A DNA stretch of 64,000 nt from Candidatus Woesearchaeota archaeon (lineage in GTDB: Archaea > Nanobdellota > Nanobdellia > Woesearchaeales > GW2011-AR9): contig JABHWJ010000033.1 of assembly GCA_018657845.1 (NCBI GenBank), forward strand, positions 12,834 through 76,833, read 5' to 3'. The notes under the pieces are model-generated. The model ran no database searches, was not told the origin of the DNA, and worked only from the letters and a program-made list of their open reading frames with translations. Position numbers and translations under genes: made by a program. Positions 39,715-49,856 of this stretch are shown one piece after another. Numbering within the stretch: position 1 is the stretch's first letter; each line of letters starts with the position of its first letter.

Positions 39715-40947
39715 ATGAAATATGCCCATTTAGCTGATCTTCACATTGGCTCTTGGAGGGATCAAAAGATGTGTGATCTTTCTCTTAATGCCTTCGCTCA
39801 GGCCATTGATAATTGTCTAGAAAAAAAAGTAGATTTCATTCTCTTCTCTGGAGACCTTTTCAACACCTCCCTTCCCGCAATCGAATCCTTAAAATCAGTT
39901 ACCTCCAAACTTAAACAACTTCAAGAAGAAAACATTCCAGTTTACGTCGTCCCCGGTTCTCATGACTTTTCTCCAAGTGGAAAAACCATGATAGACGTTT
40001 TAGAAAAAGCCGGCCTATTAATCAATGTCTGCAAAGGAAGTATAGAAGATGGAACCCTTACTCTTCATTTCACCATCGACAAAAAAACTGGCACTAAGAT
40101 AACTGGGATGTTGGGTAAAAAAGGAATGCTCGACAAAACCTATTACCAAAATCTTAACTTAACAAATTTAGAAAACGAAACTGGTTACAAGATCTTTTTA
40201 TTCCACACTACTTTATCAGAACTTAAACCCAAACACTTAGAAATGATGGATTCTCAACCCCTTTCTTTCCTACCAAAAAATTTTAATTATTATGCTGGAG
40301 GGCATGTCCATCACCCCACAGAATTAGAACAACCAGGCTATGGAACTTTAACTTATCCCGGAGCCCTCTTCCCCAACAATTTCACAGAACTAGAAACTTA
40401 CCATCATGGTGGATATTATTTAATCGAAACTAACGAAAACCAACAAACTCTTACTTGGACTCCTATAAAAATTATTGACCACTTACCTCTTTCAATTGAC
40501 TGCAATAATAAATCTCCTGAAGTTGTTTTATTTGATCTCCTTGATTCCCTTAGAGAAAAGGATCTTCAAAACACCCTCCTCACTATTCGTCTATTTGGAA
40601 CTATAAGTAGTGGAAAAACCTCAGATATTAATTTCAAAAAAATATTCCAGCAGATTTATGAGCAAGGAGCTTATTTTGTCATGAAAAATACTTCCAAATT
40701 ACAATCACCCGGATTTGAAGAAATTAAAATCGACACCTCTGCCCCAGAACAAATTGAAGAAGAAATAATTAAAGAACATCTTCAACAAATAAAACTCTTT
40801 GATCCAGAAACAGAACTCAATCTTGCCAAAAACCTTCTCCATAATCTAAATACTGAGAAACAAGAAGGAGAAACCATTAAAGATTTTCAAGACAGAGTTA
40901 AACAAGAATTAAACAATCTTCTCAATCTAAAAGAAGAAATGAAATAA
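39715..40947 (+). CDS. mre11: DNA repair exonuclease Mre11/SbcD
   Basis: DLH, GDLF, GSHD, GHVH, YPGA. Confidence 0.88.
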   Translation: MKYAHLADLHIGSWRDQKMCDLSLNAFAQAIDNCLEKKVDFILFSGDLFNTSLPAIESLKSVTSKLKQLQEENIPVYVVPGSHDFSPSGKTMIDVLEKAGLLINVCKGSIEDGTLTLHFTIDKKTGTKITGMLGKKGMLDKTYYQNLNLTNLENETGYKIFLFHTTLSELKPKHLEMMDSQPLSFLPKNFNYYAGGHVHHPTELEQPGYGTLTYPGALFPNNFTELETYHHGGYYLIETNENQQTLTWTPIKIIDHLPLSIDCNNKSPEVVLFDLLDSLREKDLQNTLLTIRLFGTISSGKTSDINFKKIFQQIYEQGAYFVMKNTSKLQSPGFEEIKIDTSAPEQIEEEIIKEHLQQIKLFDPETELNLAKNLLHNLNTEKQEGETIKDFQDRVKQELNNLLNLKEEMK

Positions 40948-40957
40948 AAAAAGATAA

Positions 40958-41206
40958 TTATCTTCTACCTTTTTCGGGCAATGCTTTTCTTCCTAACACC
41001 GTTGCTATAATCCCTGCAACAATTATAACTAATACAGATATTCCAGCCCATAACCAAATTGAAACATTAATATCTCCTATTCCTTCCAAAGCTACTTCTG
41101 CCGCCCCAGTAATGTTACTGTGCCCATAAAAAAGATTCAACCCCACTACTACAATCAAAAATAGAATTGAAATAGAAATTATCCACCTATCATATTTTTT
41201 TTTCAT
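40958..41206 (-). CDS. Small membrane protein
   Basis: Two TM segments, ITGAA motif, AGGTGA RBS. Confidence 0.6.
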   Translation of the reverse strand: MKKKYDRWIISISILFLIVVVGLNLFYGHSNITGAAEVALEGIGDINVSIWLWAGISVLVIIVAGIIATVLGRKALPEKGRR

Positions 41207-41324
41207 GATTTCACCTTTCTTCTTTTATCACAATTATGATTTTAATCAGAAATGAACCATAATATATAAACCTAGCCCCAATCAAACAAAAAAACATTTA
41301 AACCCTAAAATTTTCTTTCCTATA

Positions 41325-42536
41325 ATGAAAAAGAGATTTAGGGTTATAGATTTTCCAGTAGATAATAAAACTGTATTGGTAAGGGCAAGTTTTAACGTCC
41401 CTATCAAAAACAAAAAAGTCCTAGATAATAAAAAAATACAAGTTTCTCTTCCCACTATTGAGTATCTTCTTCAAAGAAAAGCTAAAATTGTCCTTATATC
41501 TCATTTGGGTAGACCTAATGGAAGGTTTAATTCTTCTTTAACCTTAGATCCTATTGCTAAAGAACTAAAAAAACTTCTTCCTAAAACAAACATAATAAAA
41601 TTAGATCATTGCCTTGGAAGAGACGTGAGAAAAACAGTCAAAGAAGCCCAACCTGGAGAAATAATTCTTTTAGAAAACCTGCGTTTTCATAAAGAAGAAG
41701 AACAAAATGATACCTCTTTTGCTCATTCCTTAGCAAACCTAGGTGATTATTATATTAATGCAGATTTTTCTACATCACATAGAAAACATGCTTCTCTTCA
41801 TGTAATCACTAAATTCCTACCTTCTGCCACCGGGTTATCAGTAGAAAAAGAATTAGCTTCTCTTTCACAAGCCCTTAAACCCAAAAAACCATTTATTTGG
41901 ATCTTGGGAGGAGCTAAATTAGATAAACTTTCTATCTTAAATAATGCACTCAAAAAAGCTGATTATGTTCTTGTCGGTGGAGCTTTGGCATTCTCTTTCC
42001 TTAAAGCCAAAGGATTTCATGTGGGCATGTCTAAAACAGATACTAAATCAATTAGTATTGCCAAAAAGATTCTTAAAAAGAAATCTTCCAAAAAAATAAT
42101 TCTTCCAGTAGATTTCGTGGTCAACAAAAGATCAAAATCAAGAGCCAAACCCAAGATTGTTTCAATTCAAGAAATCCCTATGGATCAAGTCGGCTTTGAT
42201 ATTGGTCCAAAAACTGTTAAACTATTCAAAACTTATTTACAGAAAGCCAAAACCATTATTTGGAATGGTCCCTTGGGTTATTTCGAAGTAAGACCCTATG
42301 ATCAAGGTACTAAACAGATAGCCAATTTCATTTCTAAACTCGATTCCGCCACGACAATAATTGGAGGGGGAGAAACTTCTGAAGCGATTAAAGAAATGAA
42401 ACTAGAGAAAAAGATGACTCACGTTTCTACGGGTGGAGGGGCCACTCTTGCCTTTTTATCTGGAGAAAAACTTCCCGCGTTAGTTGCTCTGGAAAAGAAT
42501 TATAAGAGATTTAAAAAGAAATTTAAACAAACTTGA
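41325..42536 (+). CDS. pgk: Phosphoglycerate kinase (divergent)
   Basis: SHLGRP, LLENLRF, GGAK, DIGP, WNGP, STGGGA. Confidence 0.9.
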   Translation: MKKRFRVIDFPVDNKTVLVRASFNVPIKNKKVLDNKKIQVSLPTIEYLLQRKAKIVLISHLGRPNGRFNSSLTLDPIAKELKKLLPKTNIIKLDHCLGRDVRKTVKEAQPGEIILLENLRFHKEEEQNDTSFAHSLANLGDYYINADFSTSHRKHASLHVITKFLPSATGLSVEKELASLSQALKPKKPFIWILGGAKLDKLSILNNALKKADYVLVGGALAFSFLKAKGFHVGMSKTDTKSISIAKKILKKKSSKKIILPVDFVVNKRSKSRAKPKIVSIQEIPMDQVGFDIGPKTVKLFKTYLQKAKTIIWNGPLGYFEVRPYDQGTKQIANFISKLDSATTIIGGGETSEAIKEMKLEKKMTHVSTGGGATLAFLSGEKLPALVALEKNYKRFKKKFKQT

Positions 42537-43776
42537 TCTCTACTCTAAGAACTTCTTTAATCATTTCCTTTAACTCTTCTTTAATCTTTCCAGCATCCAT
42601 ACCTTCAACTTTAACCTTCAATTCTGCTAACTCTCTTTCAGTATTCATAATCTGTTCAGAAAAATGATTTAATTTATACTTAGCTTCTTCTAATAATTTA
42701 CCTACGCCAATATTTCCTAATTTTTCTTTAATCTCTTTTTCACCAGTTAGAATCTCTATAAAATTATCCTTCAAGTCCATTAAGTAACCTTTCTGGGCCT
42801 TGTCGATTAAATCCAAAGCATTTTCTTTTTGTTTATCATCTAAATCTACAGAACCACTAACTAAACTATTCCTTAAACCACCCAAAACTCCAACAATATT
42901 CAATCCTTCATCATTTTCAAAAGCAGTTACTGCTTCTTCTAAATATTCTCCAACCAATTTATTATCTAAAGCAACTCGTTCATATTTTCTCATCGCCCTT
43001 CCTAATTTAGAAAAAAAGGCATGAATCTCTTGGATAGAATCTTCTTTCAAATCCATATTCTTCTTCTTTGCCTCTTGAAACCCCAATAACTCAGCATGAT
43101 CTTCACTCTCTTTTAATCTCAAAATTTCTTTCTCTTGAAATTCCTTCCCTTTGACATTCCGTCCTAATTTATCTTCTTTTAACCTTAAATCTTCTTGTAA
43201 TTTTCCTTTTAATATCTCTACTTTGTCTAATTCCTTTACTTTTTCCCTGATTAAATTAATCTTACTAAAGTTTTTATTATCAATTTTCTTCTCAAAATCT
43301 TTCATTAACAAATTTATTTCACCAATAACCTTAAACACTCCTTCCACTGGCTTAAAAAACAAATGTTGAGAAGCTTGATAACTTTTAGCTGTCCGTTGAG
43401 CCAATTCATCCAATTCTTTATTGAGAAAATTATGAAACCTTATAGCTTCATCCATATTAATTTCCAAAGGAATATTTAGATGTTCTTTAAATCGCTTCAT
43501 ATCTCTTAAGTATGCGTCTTTGTGTCCCAACACAATACTTCTAACTTTTTCTTCTACATTTTCTTTTTTGTCTATTTCTGCAGAAACCAATAAATCTAAT
43601 TTTTCCTCTAATAGCCACTTTTGATCTTTTATCTTATTAAAATACGCACTCACCTCTTCGTTAAAATCAATCTTAGAAAGCTTTTCATCCACCCAACCAA
43701 ATAACTCATCTATTTTAACTTCTTCTACCTTAAGAGGTTCTTCCCCTTGAAATATTTTTTTAATGAATTTAAACAT
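42523..43776 (-). CDS. Coiled-coil hypothetical protein
   Basis: Long Lys/Glu-rich helical ORF; start re-set to MFKFIKK. Confidence 0.7.
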   Translation of the reverse strand: MFKFIKKIFQGEEPLKVEEVKIDELFGWVDEKLSKIDFNEEVSAYFNKIKDQKWLLEEKLDLLVSAEIDKKENVEEKVRSIVLGHKDAYLRDMKRFKEHLNIPLEINMDEAIRFHNFLNKELDELAQRTAKSYQASQHLFFKPVEGVFKVIGEINLLMKDFEKKIDNKNFSKINLIREKVKELDKVEILKGKLQEDLRLKEDKLGRNVKGKEFQEKEILRLKESEDHAELLGFQEAKKKNMDLKEDSIQEIHAFFSKLGRAMRKYERVALDNKLVGEYLEEAVTAFENDEGLNIVGVLGGLRNSLVSGSVDLDDKQKENALDLIDKAQKGYLMDLKDNFIEILTGEKEIKEKLGNIGVGKLLEEAKYKLNHFSEQIMNTERELAELKVKVEGMDAGKIKEELKEMIKEVLRVEIKFV

Positions 43777-43827
43777 ACCCTTTTCTAGAAAGAAATAATA
43801 TTTAAGGGTTTCGATAGAACAGAACAA

Positions 43828-45030
43828 CTATCTCCCAGCAACAATCTCTAGAATATCTAAATGTTTTAATTTGTGCTCCTTACCTACTGCCATTTTAGTA
43901 CGTACATCAATTGCTCTAATAAAGTTCTTTCCGAAATCAGTATGTAACTTAAAAGCGAAATCTAGGGCTGTAGAATCCGGAGGCATCAAGAAACAATCTG
44001 GCAAAACATTCCCATCTTTATCCTCTAACTTACTCGCCCCTCCGGGAAAGATTGCTATGTAACCCAATAATTCAAAAACGGCTTTGTCTAAAACTTGTTG
44101 CACTCCTGTACCTTCTTTTTTTAGAACATTCTCAGAAATAAAATTTAACGCATTCTTCTGTTTTTCATTTAACATTCCTTCACCCGTTTCTGTAATCGAA
44201 AAGCTCTTTTCTCCAGGAACATATTCAATTACGCCCATCTTGGCAGCTTCTCTTAAAGCAAGTTCTGATTCGGCAGAACAACCAATAAAGATGTACTCTG
44301 AAAACTTATCTTTTAATCTAACAAAATTCTCCATAGCTCCATTAACATCAATCTTATTACAAGCAATAATCATGGGTTTGGTTTTCTTCCTCAAAGATTG
44401 CGCCAAATTCAACAACTCTTCATTAGTCCAAGAACTTGGTTTTTCTTTATCTAATTCTAATTCGTTAATGGAATCTTCTACCATTTCTTCAGTAATCTTT
44501 AATCCAGATAGTTGTTTTCCCAACGCCTTATCAATTTCTTTTTTCTCCTGCATAACTATCCGAGAAAATTTTTCCCATCCTTTCTTTAAAATTCCCAAAT
44601 ACCACATATCTAATTCTAATTCTAAGAATTCTACGTCTTTAACCGGATCATAACTACCTGGCTCTATTGATTCACCTTTTTCATTAGTTCCACCAGAACA
44701 ATCTACTACATGGATTAAAACGTCAGCCTGCCTAAGATCATCCAAAAACTGATTCCCTAGCCCTAATCCCTCATGCGCGCCTGGAACCAAACCAGCAACA
44801 TCGATTGCTTGTACTGGAACAAATCGAGATTCCTTTAATACATATCCATTTCGGGGATTAGAAACTTTTCCAAATTCTCTAGCTACATCATTCACCTTAA
44901 CATATCCCACCCCTGTATTTGGTTTAATTGTTGCAAATGGATAATTAGCTATCTCAACTTCAGCTAAGGTGGCTGCTTTAAACAAAGTACTCTTTCCAAC
45001 ATTGGGTTTTCCCACGACACCTACAATCAT
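43828..45030 (-). CDS. ychF: Obg-family YchF/Ygr210-like ATPase/GTPase with TGS domain
   Basis: GKPNVGKST, YPFAT, DVAGL, NKID, C-terminal TGS. Confidence 0.93.
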   Translation of the reverse strand: MIVGVVGKPNVGKSTLFKAATLAEVEIANYPFATIKPNTGVGYVKVNDVAREFGKVSNPRNGYVLKESRFVPVQAIDVAGLVPGAHEGLGLGNQFLDDLRQADVLIHVVDCSGGTNEKGESIEPGSYDPVKDVEFLELELDMWYLGILKKGWEKFSRIVMQEKKEIDKALGKQLSGLKITEEMVEDSINELELDKEKPSSWTNEELLNLAQSLRKKTKPMIIACNKIDVNGAMENFVRLKDKFSEYIFIGCSAESELALREAAKMGVIEYVPGEKSFSITETGEGMLNEKQKNALNFISENVLKKEGTGVQQVLDKAVFELLGYIAIFPGGASKLEDKDGNVLPDCFLMPPDSTALDFAFKLHTDFGKNFIRAIDVRTKMAVGKEHKLKHLDILEIVAGR

Positions 45031-45255
45031 TTTAATGGAGATTAGACACCTGTTTTTAATTGTTTCTGTAATTCAAACCAAGAAAAAATCATTTTGTTAA
45101 GAAAAGATAATCAAGAGATTGCGGAATATTTATCTAATTATAAAAACAATATTTCTTGATCATACTACTACACGAGCATAAAGTTTATAAGAGATTAGCT
45201 GAAAGCTTACCTAATAAAAAAAATATTAAATTTAAAAAAATGTAGGTGATGTAAA

Positions 45256-46029
45256 ATGAGAAGTATTTGTGTTATTAATCATAAGGGAGGGGTAGGAAAA
45301 ACTACTACTGCCGTAAATTTGGCCGCTGGACTTTCCAGAAATAATAAAAATGTTCTGCTGATAGACTTAGATCCGCAAAGTAATATTAGCGTTTCATTAA
45401 AAGTAGACGCCCCATACAATTTATATGATTCTTTATTAGGAAACATTCCATTGAAGAGATGTATCTTTAATTTGGGTAAAAATCTTGATGTCTTAACTTC
45501 TAAAGAAACTTTAGTAAAAGCAGAATATCATCTTGCAGGAAGAAATGATTCTAAAATGGTATTACGAGATTTATTAAAAACAATTGAGGGGTATGATTAC
45601 ATTATTGTTGATTGCCCTCCATCGTTAGGAATACTTAATCAAAATGTCTTAGCATTTTGTAAAGAGGCTTTTATCCCTTCATCCACTGATTTCTTAGGAT
45701 TTGATGCACTTAAGAAAATGAAAATCATTGTGGAAAAAATCAACTCTAATTATCATCATGATATTAAGATAACGAAAGTGATCCCTACCTTCTTTGACAG
45801 GAGAACTAAGATTTGTAAAAATATTCTTAATCAAATGGAAGATAATTTTACAGGTATGGTTTCTGAACCAATAAGAGTTAACTCAAAGATTAAAGAAGCA
45901 CCAATGTATGGGAAATCAATCTTTGCTTATGCAAAATCTAGTAATGGCGCAAAAGATTACGGCCAATTAGTAGAAAGTGTTATGCAAATGGGTTCAATCA
46001 GAATCACTGAAGAAACTATTGCTGGTTAG
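45256..46029 (+). CDS. ParA/Soj family ATPase
   Basis: KGGVGKTT, DLDPQ, DCPPSLG, EAP. Confidence 0.93.
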   Translation: MRSICVINHKGGVGKTTTAVNLAAGLSRNNKNVLLIDLDPQSNISVSLKVDAPYNLYDSLLGNIPLKRCIFNLGKNLDVLTSKETLVKAEYHLAGRNDSKMVLRDLLKTIEGYDYIIVDCPPSLGILNQNVLAFCKEAFIPSSTDFLGFDALKKMKIIVEKINSNYHHDIKITKVIPTFFDRRTKICKNILNQMEDNFTGMVSEPIRVNSKIKEAPMYGKSIFAYAKSSNGAKDYGQLVESVMQMGSIRITEETIAG

Positions 46030-46162
46030 GTTTTTTTATTTATTTCTTTTAATTTTTAAAGAAATTGATCAAATTGTTTCATTCTAAAATCCAAATCAAC
46101 TGATTTCCTAAAATATTGCCAAAAAACTTTCTGAACAACCAATGTATATTCTCATTTCTTGC

Positions 46163-47062
46163 TCACTCAGTAAGACTAGTCATAACTTGGTTATAAGTTT
46201 TTTTAAAATTTGCGTTGGAAACTCTAGTTCCACCCACAGCAGCATGGCCGCCACCACCTAAAGATCTCATTAAACTACCAATATCCACAGTGACTTCGCC
46301 CTTACTGAAAGGATTGTAACCAACACCAAAATTAACTTCTTCTGGATTATCAGCAGGATGAAAGATCGTTACTCCAAAATTTGCTTCTGGATTTAAAGCA
46401 TAATGAAGATATCTAATCGCTTCTGGCCGAACTTCATGTTCTGCTACCCGTAAGTCCATAACAGCAACCCCACCAACCAAAGAAGTCTGTTCTTTAACCA
46501 TTTCTTTAGCAACTTCCATATAAGTTAAATAATCTTTTATTCTGCTTCGAACCACGGGATCATTAACAATACCAGTAGCACCAGTATTTGGTAATAAATT
46601 TAATAGATGGCGATTAAAAGCCACATCTTTAGGATCGGTGTAGTTAGCCCCTACAACATATGAAACTAAAATATAATCCTGTGGATCTAAAACGTCTGTC
46701 ATTTCTAAATTTGCAGAATCAACTTTGTCTGTTTCTATTAACAGATCTGCAAAGCGATCTTCTAAACCAAAATTTCTAGCAATAACTCTACCACAACTTT
46801 TTTCTATCTCTCTTTTACCAGGAACAATAATATCCGCACGAAAGTTTGCCCCATGATGGTCAAACCAAGCTCCCGCGTTTGGGAAATAAGGAAGATCACA
46901 AATAATTGTTTTAGCATCAGCCACCACATTAGTTAATTTGGATTCATTTGGGTGTGTAAATATAACTTCAGAACTATCAATCCCAAATTGTTCTGCTAAC
47001 AACATAGCTGAAACTACTCCATCAAAATCATAATGTGTAATTATTCTGTTAAATTCGGCCAT
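46163..47062 (-). CDS. DHH family phosphoesterase
   Basis: HYDFDG, CDLP, FDHH, GGGH. Confidence 0.9.
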   Translation of the reverse strand: MAEFNRIITHYDFDGVVSAMLLAEQFGIDSSEVIFTHPNESKLTNVVADAKTIICDLPYFPNAGAWFDHHGANFRADIIVPGKREIEKSCGRVIARNFGLEDRFADLLIETDKVDSANLEMTDVLDPQDYILVSYVVGANYTDPKDVAFNRHLLNLLPNTGATGIVNDPVVRSRIKDYLTYMEVAKEMVKEQTSLVGGVAVMDLRVAEHEVRPEAIRYLHYALNPEANFGVTIFHPADNPEEVNFGVGYNPFSKGEVTVDIGSLMRSLGGGGHAAVGGTRVSNANFKKTYNQVMTSLTE

Positions 47063-47112
47063 AAGAATAAATTTAAGTGGCGATTTATAAATTTAATGCT
47101 CCAAGTGATGAA

Positions 47113-47805
47113 CTATTTTCTCAAATACCCTTTTCTTTTCCCTTCTTCTAATCTTTCAATAGAATATCTTAGCATCGTCCGTGGCATCTCAGTAACATGC
47201 TTATCTAAGAATTCTTCCAATACAGATTCATCCCGCTTGCCAATCTCCCTTAACATCCAGCCAACTGCTTTATGAATCAAATCATGCTTATCGTTTAATA
47301 GAATCTCAGAAATTTTCAAAGAATCTTTGAAATCATTGTTACGAATAAAAGCAAAAGTTGCCAAAACAGAAATTCTTCTTTCCCAGAGATCTTTTGATTT
47401 AACTAACTTATACAAAACACTCCTATCATGATCAACTAAATAAAACCCAACCGTTCTTGGGACAGTAACATCAACCAAATCCCAATTATTGATATATTTA
47501 GTATTCTTTAAAAAAAACTCATAAATTTCCTTCCTCTCTGAAGCAAACTTCTCATACTTGTAAACAAGCATCACTAAAGCACACATCCTAAATTCATGAT
47601 ATTTGCTTTCAACTAATTCCTGGACAGAAGAATAATCAATCTCTTTGAAATATTTCTTAGCAACAATCCTTACTTGTGGCATAGTTAAACCCAAGAAAAC
47701 ATCTCCCTCACCATACTCTCCGGGACCAGTTTTAAAGAACCGTTGACTATGTTTAGCTCTCACTGGATCAGATAATTTTCTTAATTCTTTCTCGATTAAA
47801 AACAT
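47113..47805 (-). CDS. DNA alkylation repair protein (AlkD-like)
   Basis: FFKTGPGEYGEGD, NNWDLVD, KAVGWMLRE. Confidence 0.92.
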   Translation of the reverse strand: MFLIEKELRKLSDPVRAKHSQRFFKTGPGEYGEGDVFLGLTMPQVRIVAKKYFKEIDYSSVQELVESKYHEFRMCALVMLVYKYEKFASERKEIYEFFLKNTKYINNWDLVDVTVPRTVGFYLVDHDRSVLYKLVKSKDLWERRISVLATFAFIRNNDFKDSLKISEILLNDKHDLIHKAVGWMLREIGKRDESVLEEFLDKHVTEMPRTMLRYSIERLEEGKRKGYLRK

Positions 47806-47923
47806 TTCAAATTAATACAAATCCTTAAGACATAAAAATATTTCCTTTTTTAGAATGAAACCTCAATTCCTCATCTTGATTAAACACAAAATTTTATAAA
47901 CATCTTCTTCATTATTCTCCGTA

Positions 47924-48538
47924 ATGCCAGCAAAAAAACCCAAAGGCAAATTAGTCAAAGTAGCCCGTTATAGAGTCAAATTCAATGATGTTTTTGATAT
48001 GAAGGCCTTCTATGAATCCCTACACGAATGGTGTAAGGAATATGATTGGATCGATGAAGAAGATGGTTTTGACCATTATGAAACTCTCTACTTAGATAAA
48101 ACTGACATGAATGGTATGAAAGAAATGTGGATCAAATGGCGCCCATCAAAAATCCCCACTGCCAATTCTTATTACAAATATCACCTAGACTTTGATTACC
48201 ATGTGGTTGGTATGTCTAAAAAAGAAATCATCCACCAAGGCCATAAGAAAAAAATAGATAAGGGAGAAGTAGAAATTTACATCACTGCCCAGATGGAACT
48301 TGATTATACTGGAACTTGGTCTTCCCATCCCATTCTAAAATATTTTAATAAGTTATTTCCAGAGCGTATCTTTAGAAAAGAATTATTTGAACAACATAAA
48401 AAAGAACTTTATCGAGAAGCTTACGCACTTCAAAGATTCATTAAAGAATGGTTGAAACTTAAAAGATACTTACCTTATGAGGAAGCTAAATCTTTCTTTC
48501 CCTCAGAAGCTATACCTTCTCATTTAAAGAATGAATAA
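47924..48538 (+). CDS. Hypothetical protein
   Basis: 204-aa ORF, leaderless after TTTTATAAA. Confidence 0.7.
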   Translation: MPAKKPKGKLVKVARYRVKFNDVFDMKAFYESLHEWCKEYDWIDEEDGFDHYETLYLDKTDMNGMKEMWIKWRPSKIPTANSYYKYHLDFDYHVVGMSKKEIIHQGHKKKIDKGEVEIYITAQMELDYTGTWSSHPILKYFNKLFPERIFRKELFEQHKKELYREAYALQRFIKEWLKLKRYLPYEEAKSFFPSEAIPSHLKNE

Positions 48539-48544
48539 AAAAGG

Positions 48545-48632
48545 AGCCCCCGCCGAGATTTGAACTCGGGATCTCCGGTTATCCGTCTTGAGAGATACAA
48601 GACCGACGCATTAGCCACTATGCTACGGGGGC
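48545..48632 (-). tRNA. tRNA-Thr(TGT) with 15-nt intron at 37/38 (48581..48595)
   Basis: TCGGT-CT-TGT-A|intron|A-ACCGG; T arm identical to tRNA-Thr(GGT). Confidence 0.92.
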
Positions 48633-48747
48633 AAGATTAATTGAATTCTAATTAAGTATTTATTAACTTTTCTATCCTAAAAAAGAAACTGATAATAAAT
48701 CTCCTAAACTCACAAAACTTATTAACTACACCCTTTTCAAAAATTAT

Positions 48748-49152
48748 ATGGATTCAAATATAGGTAGTAAAATTCTAACATATTGTGGTGGATTAGCACT
48801 GATTACTTCTATTGGTGTTTCTTTAGGTTCTATTTATAAAATGAACAACATTCAAGAAAACGGTCCTGCCCACATGGAATTAGCCCAATCTTCTCAAGAG
48901 TTAAGCAAACTTGAACGGGACATTCTTGATTGTCTCACCTTAGAAACTAGCCTCTCTTCTAATTGTACAGATCAAACCACTAACTATGCAACTAAAAAGA
49001 TTAAATATGATACCTTACATGCAAGTCCAGAACACCAACAAGAACTTGCAGATATTGAATCATATAGAGATCTTAGCAAAAATAGTAGTTATCTTGCCCC
49101 TCTTGGAATCTTAATGGTGTTGGCAGGTATGACTCTAAGAAAGAAAAAATAA
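48748..49152 (+). CDS. Membrane protein with N- and C-terminal TM helices
   Basis: Hydrophobic termini, helical middle. Confidence 0.6.
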   Translation: MDSNIGSKILTYCGGLALITSIGVSLGSIYKMNNIQENGPAHMELAQSSQELSKLERDILDCLTLETSLSSNCTDQTTNYATKKIKYDTLHASPEHQQELADIESYRDLSKNSSYLAPLGILMVLAGMTLRKKK

Positions 49153-49153
49153 A

Positions 49154-49855
49154 TCAATTCAACTCTTTAACTTTTCCAAAAGAATAAACTTTTTCTTCAC
49201 CAACAATAAACACATTAAAGTTAGAAACATCTTCTAAAAACGGACTTAACAATTCTCCCTGTAAAACATTTGTCCCTTCAGTAACTAAATTAAACGAAGG
49301 CATTACTACCAGATCTTTACCAGAAAACTTTCCCAATAAAAAACATTTATACTTCTCCATCCGAGGATATTCACTTATTGTAACTGCTGGATGTTCATGA
49401 CCAATAATTAAGAATTTAACCTCAGAAGGAATCTCCACTAATTTATCTCCATGAATAATTAAACCCTCACCAATTCTAACTGAATCAACTACTTCCACAT
49501 TTTTCTTATCTGCAATTGGTCCTAAAATAACATCATGATTTCCTTTTACTAACACAACCTCCCCTTTTGATAATAAAAACTCCAACAATTTCAAAGTATG
49601 TCTCCATTCCGTTGCCGATATCGTCCCAAACTCATGTTTTAAATCCCCATTCACCACAACCTTCTCCACATCTAACCCTTCAAAAACTCTCTTTAACCTC
49701 TGCATAATATCTTCAAATTGATACCTAGGCACTAGGACTCCTTCTTTGTTTAAGGCCTCTTCATATCCAATGTGTACATCCCCTAACACCAAAACCTTTT
49801 CCTCGACAAAATACAAACACAAGTCCAAAATCCGCACACCATTGATAATCTCCAT
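49154..49855 (-). CDS. Metallophosphoesterase (Lhr-associated type)
   Basis: DVH, GDLKH, GNHD, HGD, GHEHP. Confidence 0.9.
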   Translation of the reverse strand: MEIINGVRILDLCLYFVEEKVLVLGDVHIGYEEALNKEGVLVPRYQFEDIMQRLKRVFEGLDVEKVVVNGDLKHEFGTISATEWRHTLKLLEFLLSKGEVVLVKGNHDVILGPIADKKNVEVVDSVRIGEGLIIHGDKLVEIPSEVKFLIIGHEHPAVTISEYPRMEKYKCFLLGKFSGKDLVVMPSFNLVTEGTNVLQGELLSPFLEDVSNFNVFIVGEEKVYSFGKVKELN

Positions 49856-49856
49856 T

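Larger units (their letters stand above)
46076..47861. repeat. 14-bp perfect inverted repeat enclosing the DHH and AlkD genes
   Basis: GTTTCATTCTAAAA (46076..46089) and TTTTAGAATGAAAC (47848..47861). Confidence 0.7.

Noticed and set aside
42523..43776. Coiled-coil protein near mre11 as Rad50
   Set aside because: No Walker A/B, signature or Zn-hook motifs
45070..45160. Short open frame and imperfect IR upstream of parA (gene relic or parS-like site)
   Set aside because: No convincing parent gene; the IR is weak for AT-rich DNA
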